Source of the DNA: Camelus dromedarius
Taxonomy: Eukaryota
Length of the DNA stretch: 64,000 nt
Reading direction: 5' to 3'
Assembly (NCBI RefSeq): GCF_036321535.1
Contig: NC_087460.1
Location: 3,224,001 to 3,288,000, forward strand
Each line of letters opens with the position of its first letter. Position 1 is the stretch's first letter. The translations under genes were made by a program, and so were the position numbers. Below are positions 1 to 13,290 of this stretch, one piece after another. The notes below the pieces were generated by a model that saw only the letters and a program-made list of their open reading frames with translations, did no database searches and had not been told where the DNA came from.

Positions 1-259
1 AACAATTCAGTTCTGTTCCATGTCCACCTGAAGAAACAGAACCCTGTTAAACCTCTAAGGTCGCCTCAAATTCTATTGAACACCCTCACTCTTAAAAGTA
101 ACTCACTTTTAAAAATAGCTTTATCGTTCATGGATGTGTTCCTAAGTAACGTATTGTTCCTTCCTAAAAAATCAGGATAGATGAGGTCTAATTTATATGC
201 AGTAAAACTATCCTTTTGGGGTTCAGCTTTCTAGGAATTTAGACAAACCTGCTGGTGTG

Positions 260-2310
260 CCCAGCGCTGCAATCCAGATGTGGAACATTTTCGTCACCCC
301 AAAAGTTCCTTGTGGCTCTCTGCAGACAGTTTTCTCCCCGCCACCTGGGTCCTGATAACTTCTGATCTGTTTTCCAGCCCTGTAGTTTTGCTTTTTCCAG
401 AATGTCAAGAAGGAAAACTTTAACAAGGTTGCTATTGAATATGTGATTACTGGAGCTGTGTTTGTGCACACATGTGAGCGCACGCATCCACAAGTGTGTG
501 CAACAAAACCCTGACCGGGTTAAGGAAGTCACCTTTGATTCCTAGTTGGGCAAGGGCTCGAGCTTGTTATCGGAAAGCAAATATTGAATGTTGTCAAATG
601 CTTTCTGTCTCTGCTGAGATGCTCATCTGGTTTTTCTTCTTTTAATGAACTGCTATGTAGTGAGCCACACTTAGACATTTTCTAATGCTGGCCCAGCTTT
701 GCCTTCATGGAAGGAGTCCAACTTGGTCATAATTTTTTTTTTTTTCTGTTTGACTAGTGTCAGTATGTCAGTGTTGTGTTTAGAATTTTTGAGTCTTTAT
801 TCACTGTGAGATGGTTCTGTGACTTTTTTTTGTCTCTGGCAACTAGGTCTGATCTTGGTATCAGGATTATGCTGGTCTCAGAGAATGTCTTAAGAAACGT
901 TCCCCTTTTTTCCTACTCTACAGAAGAGTTAGAATCATGCTGGCCCTGGCTTTGTCTTTAATGTTTGGCATACTCACTTATCAGATCATCTGGGGCTGGT
1001 GTTTTCCATGTAGGGAGATTGTTAACTACTCATGGCCCACATTTAGGGGTCCTCCATTTCCCCTTGGGTCTATTTTGTCAATGAGTACTTGGCTGGTAAT
1101 TTGTCCTTTTCATTTAAATTTTCAAATTTATGGGCAATAAATGCCTTATAATAGCCCCTCAGACTTTCAGTCCTGCTGCATCAGTAGCATTCTAGTTTCC
1201 AAAGGCTGTTGTAACAAGGTACCAGTGCCAGGGTGGCTTACCACAACAAAAATTTACTGTCTCAGTTCTGGAGACTAGACATCTGAAGTCAAGAGGACCA
1301 CAGAGTCAGTTCCTTCTGAGTACTCTGCCGGAGATTCTGTTCCATGCCTCCCTCCTGCTTCTCATGATGGTTCGTAATCTTTGGTGCTCCTCGGCTTATA
1401 GACACATTGCTCCAGTCACTGCCTTCATCGTTCCACGATGCTCTACCTGTGTCTCTCCCCTTCTTGTAAAGACACCAGTCATATCGGATTGTTGCTGCTC
1501 TAAGGACCCCATCTGGATGACAGCTGCCAAGGTCCTGCTTCCTAGACGTTAACAGGTACTGGGGGTTAAACATAGCTTTGAGGGGGACACAATTCAACCC
1601 ATAAGTAGTTCCATCCCTTTTCTCATGCCTAAGATTGCTGTTTGTGCTTTTTCTCTTTATTTCTTAATCGTTCTGGCTGGCAGTTCTCAATTTCACCAGT
1701 CTTTTAAAGCAGCATCTTTCAGCTTTGTTAACCCTTTTTTAATCTCTTTTTTCCTGTTTCGTTAATTCTACCCTTCATTTAATTCATCCTTCTACTTTTT
1801 AAAAGCTTATTCTTTTATTCTACTTTCTTAATTTGGAGCTCTGCCTTGCTACTATTCAGACCTTCTTGTTTCTTACTATGTAAGCATATAAGTGATGTAT
1901 TTTCCTCCAGCCATCTCTGATCACTTATAAACTTTTCTGATCACTTTTCAAACCTCATTTCCTACATTTTAGTATGCAGTCTTTTGCCCGACACGCTTCC
2001 TCTTTTATTACATTCTGTCAAGTAGATCTTTTTCCAGGCTTTTGGTTTCCCCATTTTAGCTTCTTTAAGTTTGAGTTGTGTCTCCTGAGAGCAGCATAGA
2101 TTAGACTTTTAAATCCAGTCTAACCGTATTCACCCTTGCATGGAAAAATTTAGTCTAATAATTATTTCATTCCTCTTAGTGGAATATTTAGTCCATTTTA
2201 GTGATTACTGACAAAACTGGATTTATTTTTACCATATTGTTCTTTGTCTCTTTCCCCTGTTTTTTCTTGTTTCATTAAAAAATCCAGATGGATACTGCCA
2301 GGACACTGAC
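260..2310 (-). mobile_element. Old L1M LINE remnant (ORF2/3' region), interrupted by an MLT1 LTR
   Basis: T-rich antisense L1 phrases such as gaatgttgtcaaatgctttctg and ggtatcaggattatgctggtctca. The sequence continues on both sides of the LTR. Boundaries approximate. Confidence 0.7.
1188..1603 (-). mobile_element. MLT1 (ERVL-MaLR) solo LTR
   Basis: Starts ...tagtttccaaaggctgttgtaacaa and ends ggggacacaattcaacccata, the reverse complement of the MLT1A/B start. Flanked by an apparent 5-bp agtag duplication (1183-1187 and 1604-1608). Confidence 0.85.
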
Positions 2311-2336
2311 ATGACCAGCCTAAGTATCTCCTGCTG

Positions 2337-2866
2337 CCTCCCACGCTGTTGGTGGGGACGCAAACTGGTGCGGCCTCTATGGAGGACAGGATGGAGGTTC
2401 CTTAAAAAACTAAAAACAGACCTACTATATGATCCAGTAATCCCACTCCCGGGCATATATCTGGAGAAAAATATAATTTGAAAAGACACATGCACTGCAA
2501 TGTTCACAGCAGCACTGTTTACAATAGCCAAGAGCTGGAAGCAACCGAAGTGTCCATCCACAGATGACTGGGTAAGGAAGCTGTGNNNNNNNNNNNNNNN
2601 NNNNNNNNNNNNNNNNNNNNNNNNNNNNNNNNNNNNNNNNNNNNNNNNNNNNNNNNNNNNNNNNNNNNNNNNNNNNNNNNNNNNNNNNNNNNNNNNNNNN
2701 NNNNNNNNNNNNNNNNNNNNNNNNNNNNNNNNNNNNNNNNNNNNNNNNNNNCACAAATGAACTTATTTACAAAACAGAAACAGACTCACAAACATAGAAA
2801 ACAAACTTATGGTTACCAGGGGGGAAAGACGGTGGGAAGGGACAAATTGGGAATTCGAAATTTGCA
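2337..2866 (+). mobile_element. 5'-truncated cetartiodactyl/camelid L1 3' fragment spanning an assembly gap
   Basis: End-of-ORF2 peptide MFTAALFTIAKSWKQPKCPSTDDW. 3'UTR motif cacaaatgaacttatttacaaaacagaaacagactcac is shared with many copies in the window. Confidence 0.9.
2586..2751. other. Assembly gap (166 N)
   Basis: Run of n characters. Confidence 1.
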
Positions 2867-4279
2867 CCTCTTGGGGAGTGATGGAAACGTTAGCTGTCCT
2901 GATGGTGGTGGTGGTTTCATGGGTGTGCACATCTGTCAGAATTCCTCACACTGTACACCTGAAAAATGTGTGGTTCACTGTGCAGGTGCTAAGCAATAAA
3001 AGTAAAATAAATGCCTCCTGCTGTCACTGTGCCCAAGAGAGACTCCTCTCCACGGGATACGCCTTCCTAGACTCGAAATCCTGAAGACCACCTCTTTCAA
3101 AACAAAAACAAAAACACTTCTGTGAAAGGAAAAGGTTAACATTACTAAGAAAAGGAAGGAACAGGAGGTAAAATGAGCTGCCATGGACCATCCTCATTCT
3201 CAAAAGGTCAAGAGGGCTGAGGCCACCGCATCTGAAAACAGGAACAGCACCGGGCCTGCTGTGGACAAATACTCAGCTTCCTTCCCCAGTGAGGTCATTG
3301 AAAGAGGAACCTCGGAGCTGGAACACTGACCTCAAGTGTTTATGCGGCCGAGGCCCGGCCCTCCAGCAGAGCAGATCTGGTGAGATCACTGCGCAGGGCA
3401 GCCCTTCCCCGGTGCTGGGGGTGAAGAGGACAGAGATCTCTGGGCCCTGCTCCTGGAGTTGCTGAGAACTTCCTAAGTAATGCTGCCGTTTCTGGTCAGG
3501 GGGCGTATCCAGGGCAAGAGCCCAGGCAGTAGCTCAGATGAGGATGAGAGCATCCTTCTCTTCGTGGCCCCAGGTCCCAGGTCCCAGATCCCAGGTCCCA
3601 GTGCAAGGCAGGTGCTCTGGGAATGTTGGATGAAGCTCTGAGTGGGGAGCTACTTTATTTCCCCTCTCTTGATCTCAAACGTCCTCATGAAGAGTCTGCC
3701 ATATAAACGGAGTGTTACAGGAAGACTTAAGGGAGCGAAGCATCTTAGGTGCTCAGGCCAAGAAACGTGCCCAGAGGGTCCACTGTCTCACTGCCTGGGG
3801 GCCTGTCCAGCCTTGAACAAAAGGAGAGCTAAGTGAAGAAGCGAAGAAGAAACAGGATGGCAACTGGAAGCAGTGAGACCCCAACGTCCGAAGGGAGGAA
3901 AGAGAACCAGCGTGGAGTTGCGCAGAGGTCACGGCCGCAGAGCTTGGGCGCAGCTGCAGAGTTGGGCCAACCCTAAGAAGCAGAGACAGATAGGAAGGTT
4001 AGGACCCAGATGTCAAGACCAGGAAGGAACTCTGAAGCTGGCCAGCTCTGAACTTGACTGTCACAGCCCCACCAGACTGGAGCACCTGTCTGCCTCTCCT
4101 GGTGCATCCTTGCAGCGGGCAGCTCCATGGTCCTCCTGCCCTCCCCAGCTTGCAGCTGCTTCTAGACCCCTTCCCTTGGGGAGACAGCCGCTGCCTTTCT
4201 CTTCCTGCATCCCTGCTTGTACTTCCCACCACCTGCCACTTGTCCAGCCCTGGAGGGAGGCCCGGGGAGGGGGAGGTGA

Positions 4280-4280
<1 letters not shown>

Positions 4281-4311
<31 letters not shown>
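4281..4311. repeat. (AC)15 microsatellite
   Basis: Perfect dinucleotide run. Confidence 0.98.
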
Positions 4312-4313
<2 letters not shown>

Positions 4314-4532
4314 CATCTATATAGATGCACACAGCTACAGAATTCTCCTCTCTTCCCACTCCTCCTTCTCTTGCCAACTGCCCTCACCTCACCCCCACAA
4401 TGGCTCCAGCTGGGTCAGCCACCTCCACCCAGGCCAGCTTCTCTCTCCTCTCCCTAGCACCTACGTTCCCCACACCTGGGACTGCGTGTTTCCATGGGGT
4501 TCTCCCCAGGATGGGGACCCAGAATCGACCTA

Positions 4533-4560
4533 ACACACACGCACACGCACACGCGCACAC
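4533..4560. repeat. Mixed CA/CG alternating purine-pyrimidine tract
   Basis: acacacacgcacacgcacacgcgcacac. Confidence 0.85.
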
Positions 4561-5510
4561 CCCCCCATCACCATGACCCGGGTGGAAGTGGGGGAGGGAA
4601 TGACAGTTCCATAGACGGCAGTTGATTTGCTGCTCCTTAGAGGACCCAAAACTTTTTCTTAAAGAAAAAAATGCAGAAAGGCCCCAGCTCCTGGTTGGCT
4701 AGCAGCTGGCCTCTGGAATGCCTCAGTTACCGTATATGCTCGCATAGCTTCTGCAGAAGGAATGTGTCCCATCGGCCAAGCCGCGGTGGAGTGAATACAG
4801 CAGACGCACACTCTTCCCATGAAGGGCCTGCCTCCCTTTCCAGGCTCCGCTCCCGTGGACGTGACCGTGGCCCCGAGCAACCCCCGTTGTGCCGGGACCC
4901 ACCGCGGCTGGAAGCCAAGCTGGTGTATGTAACTGACCAGAGGGAGCGCCGGGACCTCGCTGATGAGTTTCCTGGAGACTCACCATTTAAACACACAGGA
5001 CTGTTTTTCCCAGGGCTTCCCATAGGCAAGTATATACGGTATTTCATGTGAGGAATGTTCTATTCACAATCTCCTACCTTTTTGGATCGGGAAGGGATTA
5101 GAATGAACTTATAGCTGATCAATTCTCCAGTGCCTGGAGCTCTCCTCCCCCACGACCTCCAGCCCCCAGCCAGAAGCCTTCCTCTCCTGAAACCCTCCGT
5201 TGTCCTTAGTCAGGGGCACAGGCTCCCATCCCCACCCCTGGCCAGGAGGGCTGAACTGAGGAGCAGGCAGAGGGGGCAGGGAAGGAGAGGAAGTCTGTGT
5301 CTAAATGTGCACTCCAGTTACATTCCGAAGGCAAACAGAAAGCAAACTAGAAAAAATTAAAGCTAGGTCACTGTTTCGTATTATCCACGCCTCTCAGCTC
5401 TTCATTCATGCTGATACCCGCCAGTGGACAAGATGCCCATCCAAGGTCAGAGATGGACAGCCTCAGAGATGGACGTCCTCTGCCTTGTCAGTTTCAGTGG
5501 TTGGCTGGAA

Positions 5511-5600
5511 GGATCAGAGAGGTTCAGTGACCTGAGTAAGGTCACACAGCCAGTTTCTACAGCTCCAGGACCAGAACTCAGTTCTCCTAAAACTCGGGTC
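5511..5600 (-). mobile_element. MIR SINE fragment
   Basis: cagagaggttcagtgacctgagtaaggtcacacagc matches the antisense MIR core. Confidence 0.7.
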
Positions 5601-8600
5601 CCGGCTGGTGCCAAAGCCACCCTTGATTTTCATTCACACCGTGTAGGCGTTTATTGACTGTCCCTTCCTTCAGACAGCACCGTGGCTTAAGCCAATGGTT
5701 AAGTGGGTAGAATGGGGACTTCTGATGGGTGGGCTGCTAATTGCTGTGGTGTCCGTAGGTGTGGGCCCCAACCACACGCGGGCCCCCTTGAGGACTGAGG
5801 CAGTGACAGTCTCACAATGACAGTTGGTTGCACAGACTTTCCAGGGCAATTGAGGGGAACTGAAATTCGGTCTTTTTCTTTCTTTCCTTCTTCTCCCCCC
5901 TTCAACAGGGGCTGAAAGAGGCAGTGAAGCCCCAGAAACCCCGGGCAGCCTCTGAATCACAGAAACCCTGAGGAGGGCGGTGCCGTCCCTCTCGGGGGTT
6001 TGGGGACCTGGATGGAGAGCGACGCCCTCATCAGTCTGCCCCCTCGCTGCCACTGTCACAGTGCCTGCCCCTCTCCCAGGGTGCTGCTTTCCCGGGCGCG
6101 GGGGCTCCGGCCTGTCTGTTCCTTCACACAGCCGCTTCCTCCTCTGCGGCTCCCTGCCAGCGTCCTCGGAGAGGCCAGCACAAGGTTTCCATTAGCGAAG
6201 CACATTCTTGTGCTATGGATATGGAACCGGGGGAAAGAAAGCAGACTGCTGCCCGTGATGGATGGGTTTTCTACAGGACTTCCCAGGGTGGTCCTTAAGG
6301 GGGCCAGGACGGAGCCAGGGGGGCCACACAGCTTCACAGCGTTCCCTTGTTCGGGACGTCTGTGTCGGGGGTCTGGCTGCCCTGCCGCCGGCCTCTCCCA
6401 CCTCCATTCATCCCCCCTGCTTGCACCCTCCCCTCCCCCCACGTCCCCAGTTTACCTGAGCGCACAACATGTTCTCAATTCTCCTTTTAGCATAAGAAGT
6501 CACGTATCTGGGACCCTGTGCACTTTATCATGGACGTGGCCACCCGTTAGGGAAGGGGTGGTATGGGGACCCAAGCTCATGAAATATCACCCAACGGTCC
6601 TACATTTAAAAAAAAAAAAAGTCTCTCTTTTCAGGATGCTTTGGTTTGTAAGCATGCTTTTTCCACAATCATCACCCTCATCCAACACACAGCCCGAAAG
6701 AGGAGATTGATGGTTCAAAAGCTGATCTCTGCCCCATTTTTTTTGTTTTAGAAGAAGGAGATGAGTCTCTGGGAGCTGAAGTGGCAGAAGGAGGAAGCAA
6801 GTCCTGTCCCTGGACCTGAGGCCCCATCCTGCTCTGTCTGGTGACACCCTTGGAGGGAACCGAGAACCACTGTCTTAAGAAGGGTCTCTGCCCTCAGGGG
6901 CTCTCAGCCCCACTGGGGTGTCCGTACCTACAGAGGAAATAACACACAATTCAGGAGAGTAGCTGCTCACAGTGCAACACAGAGATGCTTTGGGGACAGA
7001 TAGCCCTTGAGGACAAGAGTGAATTGAGGCCCATTATCCCAATTCATTGAGGAGAAAATGGAAAGATCCTATAGAAAGGGAACAGTTCACCAAGGTCAAA
7101 TCCCCCAGAACAAAGACGAGTTAATCAAATCTTTAATCCTGTTGAAGGGCTTTCAAAGAGCTTTGGGGGACAGGTGGAATGGCCGACCAGAAGCCCAGAC
7201 CTCCCAGGAGGAAAGTGGAGACCAGTGCCCCAGCCTCTTCCCTCTTCAACACAGGAAAGTTCTTCCCACCACTGGAGCAGAAGAACTCAAAGCCACAGAA
7301 CACACATATACAGACTGCAGCCTCAGAGGTTCGTACTGTCCAGGTCTTGGAAAGTTACATGTCAGAGGCTCTGAGAACTTCTCCAGACAAAACCCAAAGC
7401 AAACAACAAAAAATTCCCAAAGAAGAAAAACCGTTTCACTCACTGTTACTGGCGCTTCCCTCTCTGACCTACGGAGCCAGCGTCCCCTCTCCTGCCCGGT
7501 CCCTAGGAGACGCAGAGTTCTGCTCTTCTGGGGACAGGCTGGCAGTAGGGAGCACCCCTCTGTCTGGGGTAGCCTTAGGGGCCATCCCACAAGTGGCCTT
7601 TCTAAAGGTCTTCCCAGCTCTCGGATCCCCGAGTTCACACCTAAAAATGAACGCATTCGTTCCTTCCTCCTGGAGGGACTCTCAGCACCGACGCCCATCA
7701 CAGGGACCCATGCTCACCTGTCTACTGCACACACGCGGGTCTCCCCAGAGTGTTGCCAAGACTGTGTCAGGACCCAGCATGGAGCTTGACATCCAAAATG
7801 TATGTGCCTAAAAAGTGTGCACCCACGGGATGCACTGCCCTGTGAGTGATTCTGACATTCCTCCTCTCTTCCCCCCAAACCTCCACCCGCCATAGAGGCT
7901 GTGTCTTAAGTCTCCCAGGGAGCTGAGTTGGGAGGGGTGGAGAGTCCACTTGGAGGGCCAAATGCGCAGAAGCAGACCCCACTCTCCATCCACCCACCCC
8001 TACCTCTGCCCCAATGAAGCCTCCACCCAAAACCCTCTCTGCCCCCCAAGTTGATGGGGCCACGGGACAGCACCCCACCCCAGGGCCCCGCCTCCCACTC
8101 TGCTCCCTCTCTCCTCTCCTCTCTCATCCTCGCCCCTCCTCAGCACACCCCGCTCCTCTCCTCTCTCCCCCTCTTCCTTGCCCCCTCCCCACTGCCCTCC
8201 CTAACCCCCCAGCTGGGCCTTCTTTCCCTCTGCAGAGCTGTCAGCCCGGCAGCTGGCCCCCAAGAACCTCGGTCTGGCTGGGCCCTGGGCCAGTCGCTTG
8301 CCTCCAGCGGCCCGATTCAGGATGATCTAAATCAGAAATGCACGCGTAGGCCTAGTGGCTCCAGAAGATGCCCTTCCCTGGTCTCCTGGGTTAAAAGCCC
8401 ACTCAGGGAAGAGCTGCATCTGGGCAGCAGGGGCATGTCTGACCACAGCCTCGGCCACCGTGGCCTCCGGCGCGGCGGCCCAGGGAAGATGAGGGTTTGC
8501 AGGGGCAGGTTCAGAGGGCGAGGACATCCTGCTCCTTGTCACGGAAGGAGTTTGGCTCCAGGAAAGGCCCAGACTTGGCTGGGAAGAGCCAGATGTGTGT

Positions 8601-9789
8601 CAGAGGTGAAGCAGAGAGAAGCAAGGACCCACTCCTGCATCCGCCCCCGGGCTCCTGCGGGCAGAACACAAGGGAGGTCCAGGACGAGAAAGAGCTGGGG
8701 GGCCTGCTGGCGGGGGCAGTGGAGCAGGAGAGGGGGCCGGGGTGGGGAAAAGGGCGTGACCTGCTGACTATGCGGGCAAGGGGTCCCGCAGCCCTGGCCC
8801 AGGTGAAGAGGCAGGAAACAGGAATGTCTCCGGGCCCTGACATGTGGTTGTAATGCGCACAGACCCATGGGCGCCTGGGGACCTGGAGGTCATCCCCTCC
8901 ACCCTCCTGCTTCCGGGCAGGGCTGCATCTAGGCCAGTCGAGATGTGCAGTCAGCGAGCTCGGCTCCTGAAGGTCCCCGGGGAGGGAGAAACGGGCTTCC
9001 TCTCACCAAAGATGAGTCTCAGGATCTTGGTGTTGACTTTTCCCACATCATCCAGAAAGGTCACGCTTTAGGAAGGCTGCACCAGAAACTGCTTTGTGAC
9101 TCAGCTGGATGCCGGGCCCCCCGGGTCCTGGGTCAGTGGTGCCCCTGACCCACCTCCTCCGAGGTTCCCCAGCACGGGGCTGCTGGCCGCCAGGCTGGAT
9201 CCCTTTAGCTGCCCTTCGTGCTCTCTGCGCAGCCAGGGAATGCATGCAGCTTGGTTAGAAAGGCGAGCGCTGTCCTTCATGTAAAAGTGTATTGAAATTG
9301 CCGCTGTGGCTGCAGCTTCAGTGGAGACGGAATTCAGTGTGTGTCAGTTCCCTTCTGTAGAAGACCCGTTGCCTACCGCGTGGTCCCCACGACGGACAGG
9401 GGGTTAGGGTCAGCATCCCAGGTGGGATGCCTTCCCTGGCCTGCCTCCCACTCCACCCCAGCCGGGTCGCAGGTCGGCCCCGCCCCATCACCTGTGTGTC
9501 CCCATAATCACGTCGGCTGACTTTTGGAGAGGCAGTAGGGTGACACAGAGGAACAGCTAGAGGCTTCCCACGGGGCAGCCAAATAGAATGTAGTCTCCAA
9601 ACCAGGATGCTTCTGAGAGCAAAAGGGCTGTGGTCCATTATGTGGTGCAGCAGGCAGAGATCAGAATTTGTCCAGGTGAAGTGGGACTTTGATCACTCTG
9701 TCCCTCCACCCGGTACCTTAACAGATCCCGAGCAATTTAATTGTTTTGAGCCTACGTTTCTTACTGGTAAACCCTGCTGAGGGGAGGCG

Positions 9790-9930
9790 TTCTCAGTCTT
9801 TGAAGTACAGGAGCGCTATTCAGAATGTTTGTCAAGAACGAAGACGCCCAACATAGCTCCCTTAAATTCTGATCCAGTGGCTCCAGGGTGTGGCCTGGGA
9901 GTCTGCATTCTGGTTGCTGGTCCATAGCTC
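9790..9930 (+). mobile_element. MER5A-like hAT-Charlie MITE
   Basis: ttctcag...cagaat...ttctgatccagtgg...gtgtggcctgggagtctgcattct...gctggtcc follows the MER5A consensus order. Confidence 0.6.
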
Positions 9931-11029
9931 ACCCTGTAAGAAGCCTTGCCTTTGAGTCATAGTAAGGGCTATGAAAATAGCACAAGAAAGTCACCGGGGC
10001 AGCGGGGCCACCGTGAGCGGCAGCCCCTACCCGCCGCGTATCTCTTTGGTTTATTCTTTTCCTTTTTCCTCCCCCTCTACCCTGTGAGCTTCCCCAGGGG
10101 CAAGCGTTGTGTCTTAGCATCTTTGAAGACACAGTGCCAGACGGGCCCACATTAGGCGCTAAACGATGATCTAGTGCTCCTTTCTCGATGCTCATGTGCG
10201 GAGGACAGAGGTGGGATGCCTTCCCACCATCACCCACAGGTGGTAGTCGAGCTGGTACCCAGGGCCCCGCGGAGAGAACGGCTGATCGGCAGAGGATGGA
10301 CGGCTCCGAGTCCGGGCGCCTGGCAGGCAGCCTCAGCTCTGCCGCTCCCTCCCCAGCTCATCCTCAAGCTCAAGGTGAACAACCTGGGCCAGGGTGGAGC
10401 CCAGGTTTGCTGAGAAATCTGGCTGAGAGATCTGACCGTTAAATGGGTTTCATCCTGAAATGACTTGGAGTGAAAACTGAAAGCAAAACTCAAACCACCC
10501 ACTTCCCCCAGCAAGTGCTGAGTTCAGCGAAGCTGCCCCGGCCTTGGAGGCCAGTCTCTTGCCACTCCCTTCGCTGCCCCAACCCCAACCCCATGGACGG
10601 CTGTACCCCCACCTTCGCCCACAGGAGACACTGCTCCACGCAGGGCGGTGCTCAGCCTCCTTGTCAACCCTGACTCCTTCCTATGCCTTGACTAAACATT
10701 TACTAAATAAGAAGCAATTCTTCCTTTAAAAAAAATCAGACACCCATAATGACCATTATATATTGACCTGCATACTCCATTGTTTCAACAGCAAGTTGAT
10801 ACCTTTCAAGTCAAAACCAGAAATGTAACAGTTAAAAATACAAAAACAAGTCCACAGGTTAATGTACGTATTAGCATGTGTGTAAAAGCAATATACATTC
10901 TCAGAGCAAAAACTTAAACAGAGTAGAAATAAAAGACAGTTCCTCTAATGCCATCCTCCGAAAACCACCTCTTTTAATAGCCCAGGGTTCTTTTTTTTTT
11001 AATGCTATATTGTAGTTAGTCTTGCGGTA

Positions 11030-11110
11030 GGATTGGTACCGAATGCACACTGTTACCTAAAGCTCTGAGAGGCTCAATAAACTTGCCGAAGATCACCCAG
11101 CTAGGAGGTG
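11030..11110 (-). mobile_element. MIR SINE fragment
   Basis: ctctgagaggctcaataaacttgccgaagatcacccagctag. Confidence 0.6.
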
Positions 11111-11117
11111 GCGTGGG

Positions 11118-11162
11118 GAGACAGAGATAGAGACAGAGACAGAGACAGAGAGACAGAGAGAG
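11118..11162. repeat. (GAGACA)n-type microsatellite
   Basis: gagacagagatagagacagagacagagacagagagacagagagag. Confidence 0.9.
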
Positions 11163-11949
11163 TGCAAGAAACCTACTAGCAGTGAACGGGGCAGCCAGGG
11201 TCCAGCTCTCCTGGGAGCAGGGGCTTCCCTGCCTATTCAGTGCTTCTCGAGCAGACATGAGTGACCCCTGCAAACACATGGATGATGGGCTTGCCTGATG
11301 GTTGGAATTAAGTATTTAAACCCAGAATAATAAGAATAAGATTGGAGTCACACCTTTTGAGTTTGTAGAGACGGAAACTGAAGCCCCGAGGACCAGTGTG
11401 AACTTCCTGCACCTGCTAACTGGGTACAGGAGGACCTCCTGAGAGATCTGCAGGGCTGGACCGTTTAACAGAACCGGTTTCCTGGCCCTCAGCCTCCATG
11501 TGCCCATCTCGGTCTGGACCTGCCGGCCTCTCCTCCACAATGCCCTCTCCCCTTTCCTCGCCCGCCTGACTCTCACCAGGTCCCAGGTACTAGCACCCAC
11601 AGAAGCCTTCTCACTCAAGACTCTTATCTTTTCCATATTTCAGACCCACGTTAGAAAGGGGCTGCTTTGGGCTGTCATGGACATATTCAATTCAGGCACA
11701 TTCTACAGCAAAGGCAAGGACAGTGACAATTTTTGTTTCACAGTCTCACCTCTTTTTCCCTCCTACGATAGCCAAAGAGGGGAAGAAAAGCCTTTCCCTG
11801 AAGAGAAGCCCAGAGGAGTGAGCTGGCGGGGTGTCAGCATGAGCTATTCAAAATCCTGCCATCTTGTGTCATCCAGGAAATAAATTCACACGTCCACGCC
11901 TTTTCCGACAATCTAGCCTAAAATCTGAAATCAGGAAAGAGATGCTTGT

Positions 11950-12300
11950 CCCAGGACGTGTGCTGACACCCGCCTGTCCGGCAGGTTCATGAGCTCCTGG
12001 CTCAGCACCCCCTCCAGTCATCACTCCTCTCCTCTGTCTTGGAGTTTTCATATGCAGAGAGCAGGGTTCCTTGAGCACCTGTCCCCAGCCAGCCTACCCT
12101 CGACCTGCCCCAGCCACTGGCTCCCATGTGCATGCGCTGGACCTGGCTCTACTGTAATTGCAATCTCGCCACAGTGTCAGTTTCTTGCATTCCACCCTTT
12201 AATTCTGCCTCCTGTCTGTCCCGCCTCCTCCCTGTAGAACCTCAGTTCCAACCATAAGAGGGTCTGGGGGTCCCTCTTGTCCACTGATGGTCCCTCCTCA
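11950..12300 (+). mobile_element. L2 LINE remnant
   Basis: Pyrimidine-rich decayed L2-like phrases. Boundaries approximate. Confidence 0.45.
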
Positions 12301-13129
12301 CTAGCCTCACTTCCTCCCCCATCTTACCTGGCTCCAATCCCATGGTGAGTCCTGACGCTGACTCCCTCGTTGTCCCTCATTCTTGTCCTCCTCACCTCCC
12401 TTTGCTTTGTCATAGCAAGATCTGAGCTGAGACGTGTCAGGCAGATGATGTGGCCCCGAGACCACTGGGTGGGTGGGTGAAGCGTGTAAACATTCAGACA
12501 CTTCCTGGAAACGCTGGGACTCCCTCCAGCCACCAGGAGTCAGGGCTCCTGCCGAGGTGACCAGAACCCCAAAGCAGAGAGTGCTCCTTGCAGGCTGAAG
12601 GATGCGGGAGCCTTGGGTCTGTGAGGACTTACGTACGAGGAAGTCCCAGCGCCCTGGAAGAAACCCAGGAACCGTGCTGCGGGGCTCCTCTGGGGCTTCG
12701 CGCTGCCCAGTCCGGTTCCAGGAACTCGCCACGCGCTCCTCGCTGTGCGGGACGTGGCAGCCGCTCCCTCCTCACTCACAGTCCCCAGAGGAAAGGATCT
12801 GACATCTGACTGGGTCACAGCGACGTCGCCATCCTGCTCGGAAGACCCTGATGGGACAGAGGTGCTTCCGTGCTGCCTGAAAGGAGCCGGGATCTTGCTG
12901 GCTCACATTCGGTTCTGAGAACGGGTTCTCCATCTCACGGCTCCAGGAACCCCCTCGCATCCACCTCGAAGGGGATTTCGCTGGCAGTCCCCAGGCTCTG
13001 AGACTGACTCGCCGTGTCGTGGTCAGTCCCATGACCCTAACCACACTCCGATGTCATGTGCAAAGCCCACCAGGGACTGCGATGGAGATCTTTAGGCTCT
13101 GCTTCTGACTTCAAACTTCGTTGTAGTGG

Positions 13130-13290
13130 AAAGCACATGATGTGTCAAAGCAGAGGGATGGGGTTTGAACCCTGGCTCTGTCTCTTACCATCTGCGAGAA
13201 CCTGGGAAGCTGACTCAGGCTGTCTAAACCTCGGTTTTCTCATCTATGCAATGGGGATATTGCTGTTCGCTTCTCTGAGTCTCAGGGAGT
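13130..13290 (+). mobile_element. MIR SINE
   Basis: gggtttgaaccctggctctg...ctaaacctcggttttctcatctatgcaatgggga. Confidence 0.75.

Noticed and set aside
2229-2999. ORFs containing long X runs (also 39980-40307)
   Set aside because: Artefacts of translating through N gaps. Both gaps fall in or at L1 3' copies, as expected for short-read assemblies.
7058-7811. Two overlapping ORFs of 243 and 210 aa
   Set aside because: No recognisable domain or motif and no supporting splice structure. Overlapping frames on both strands point to chance.
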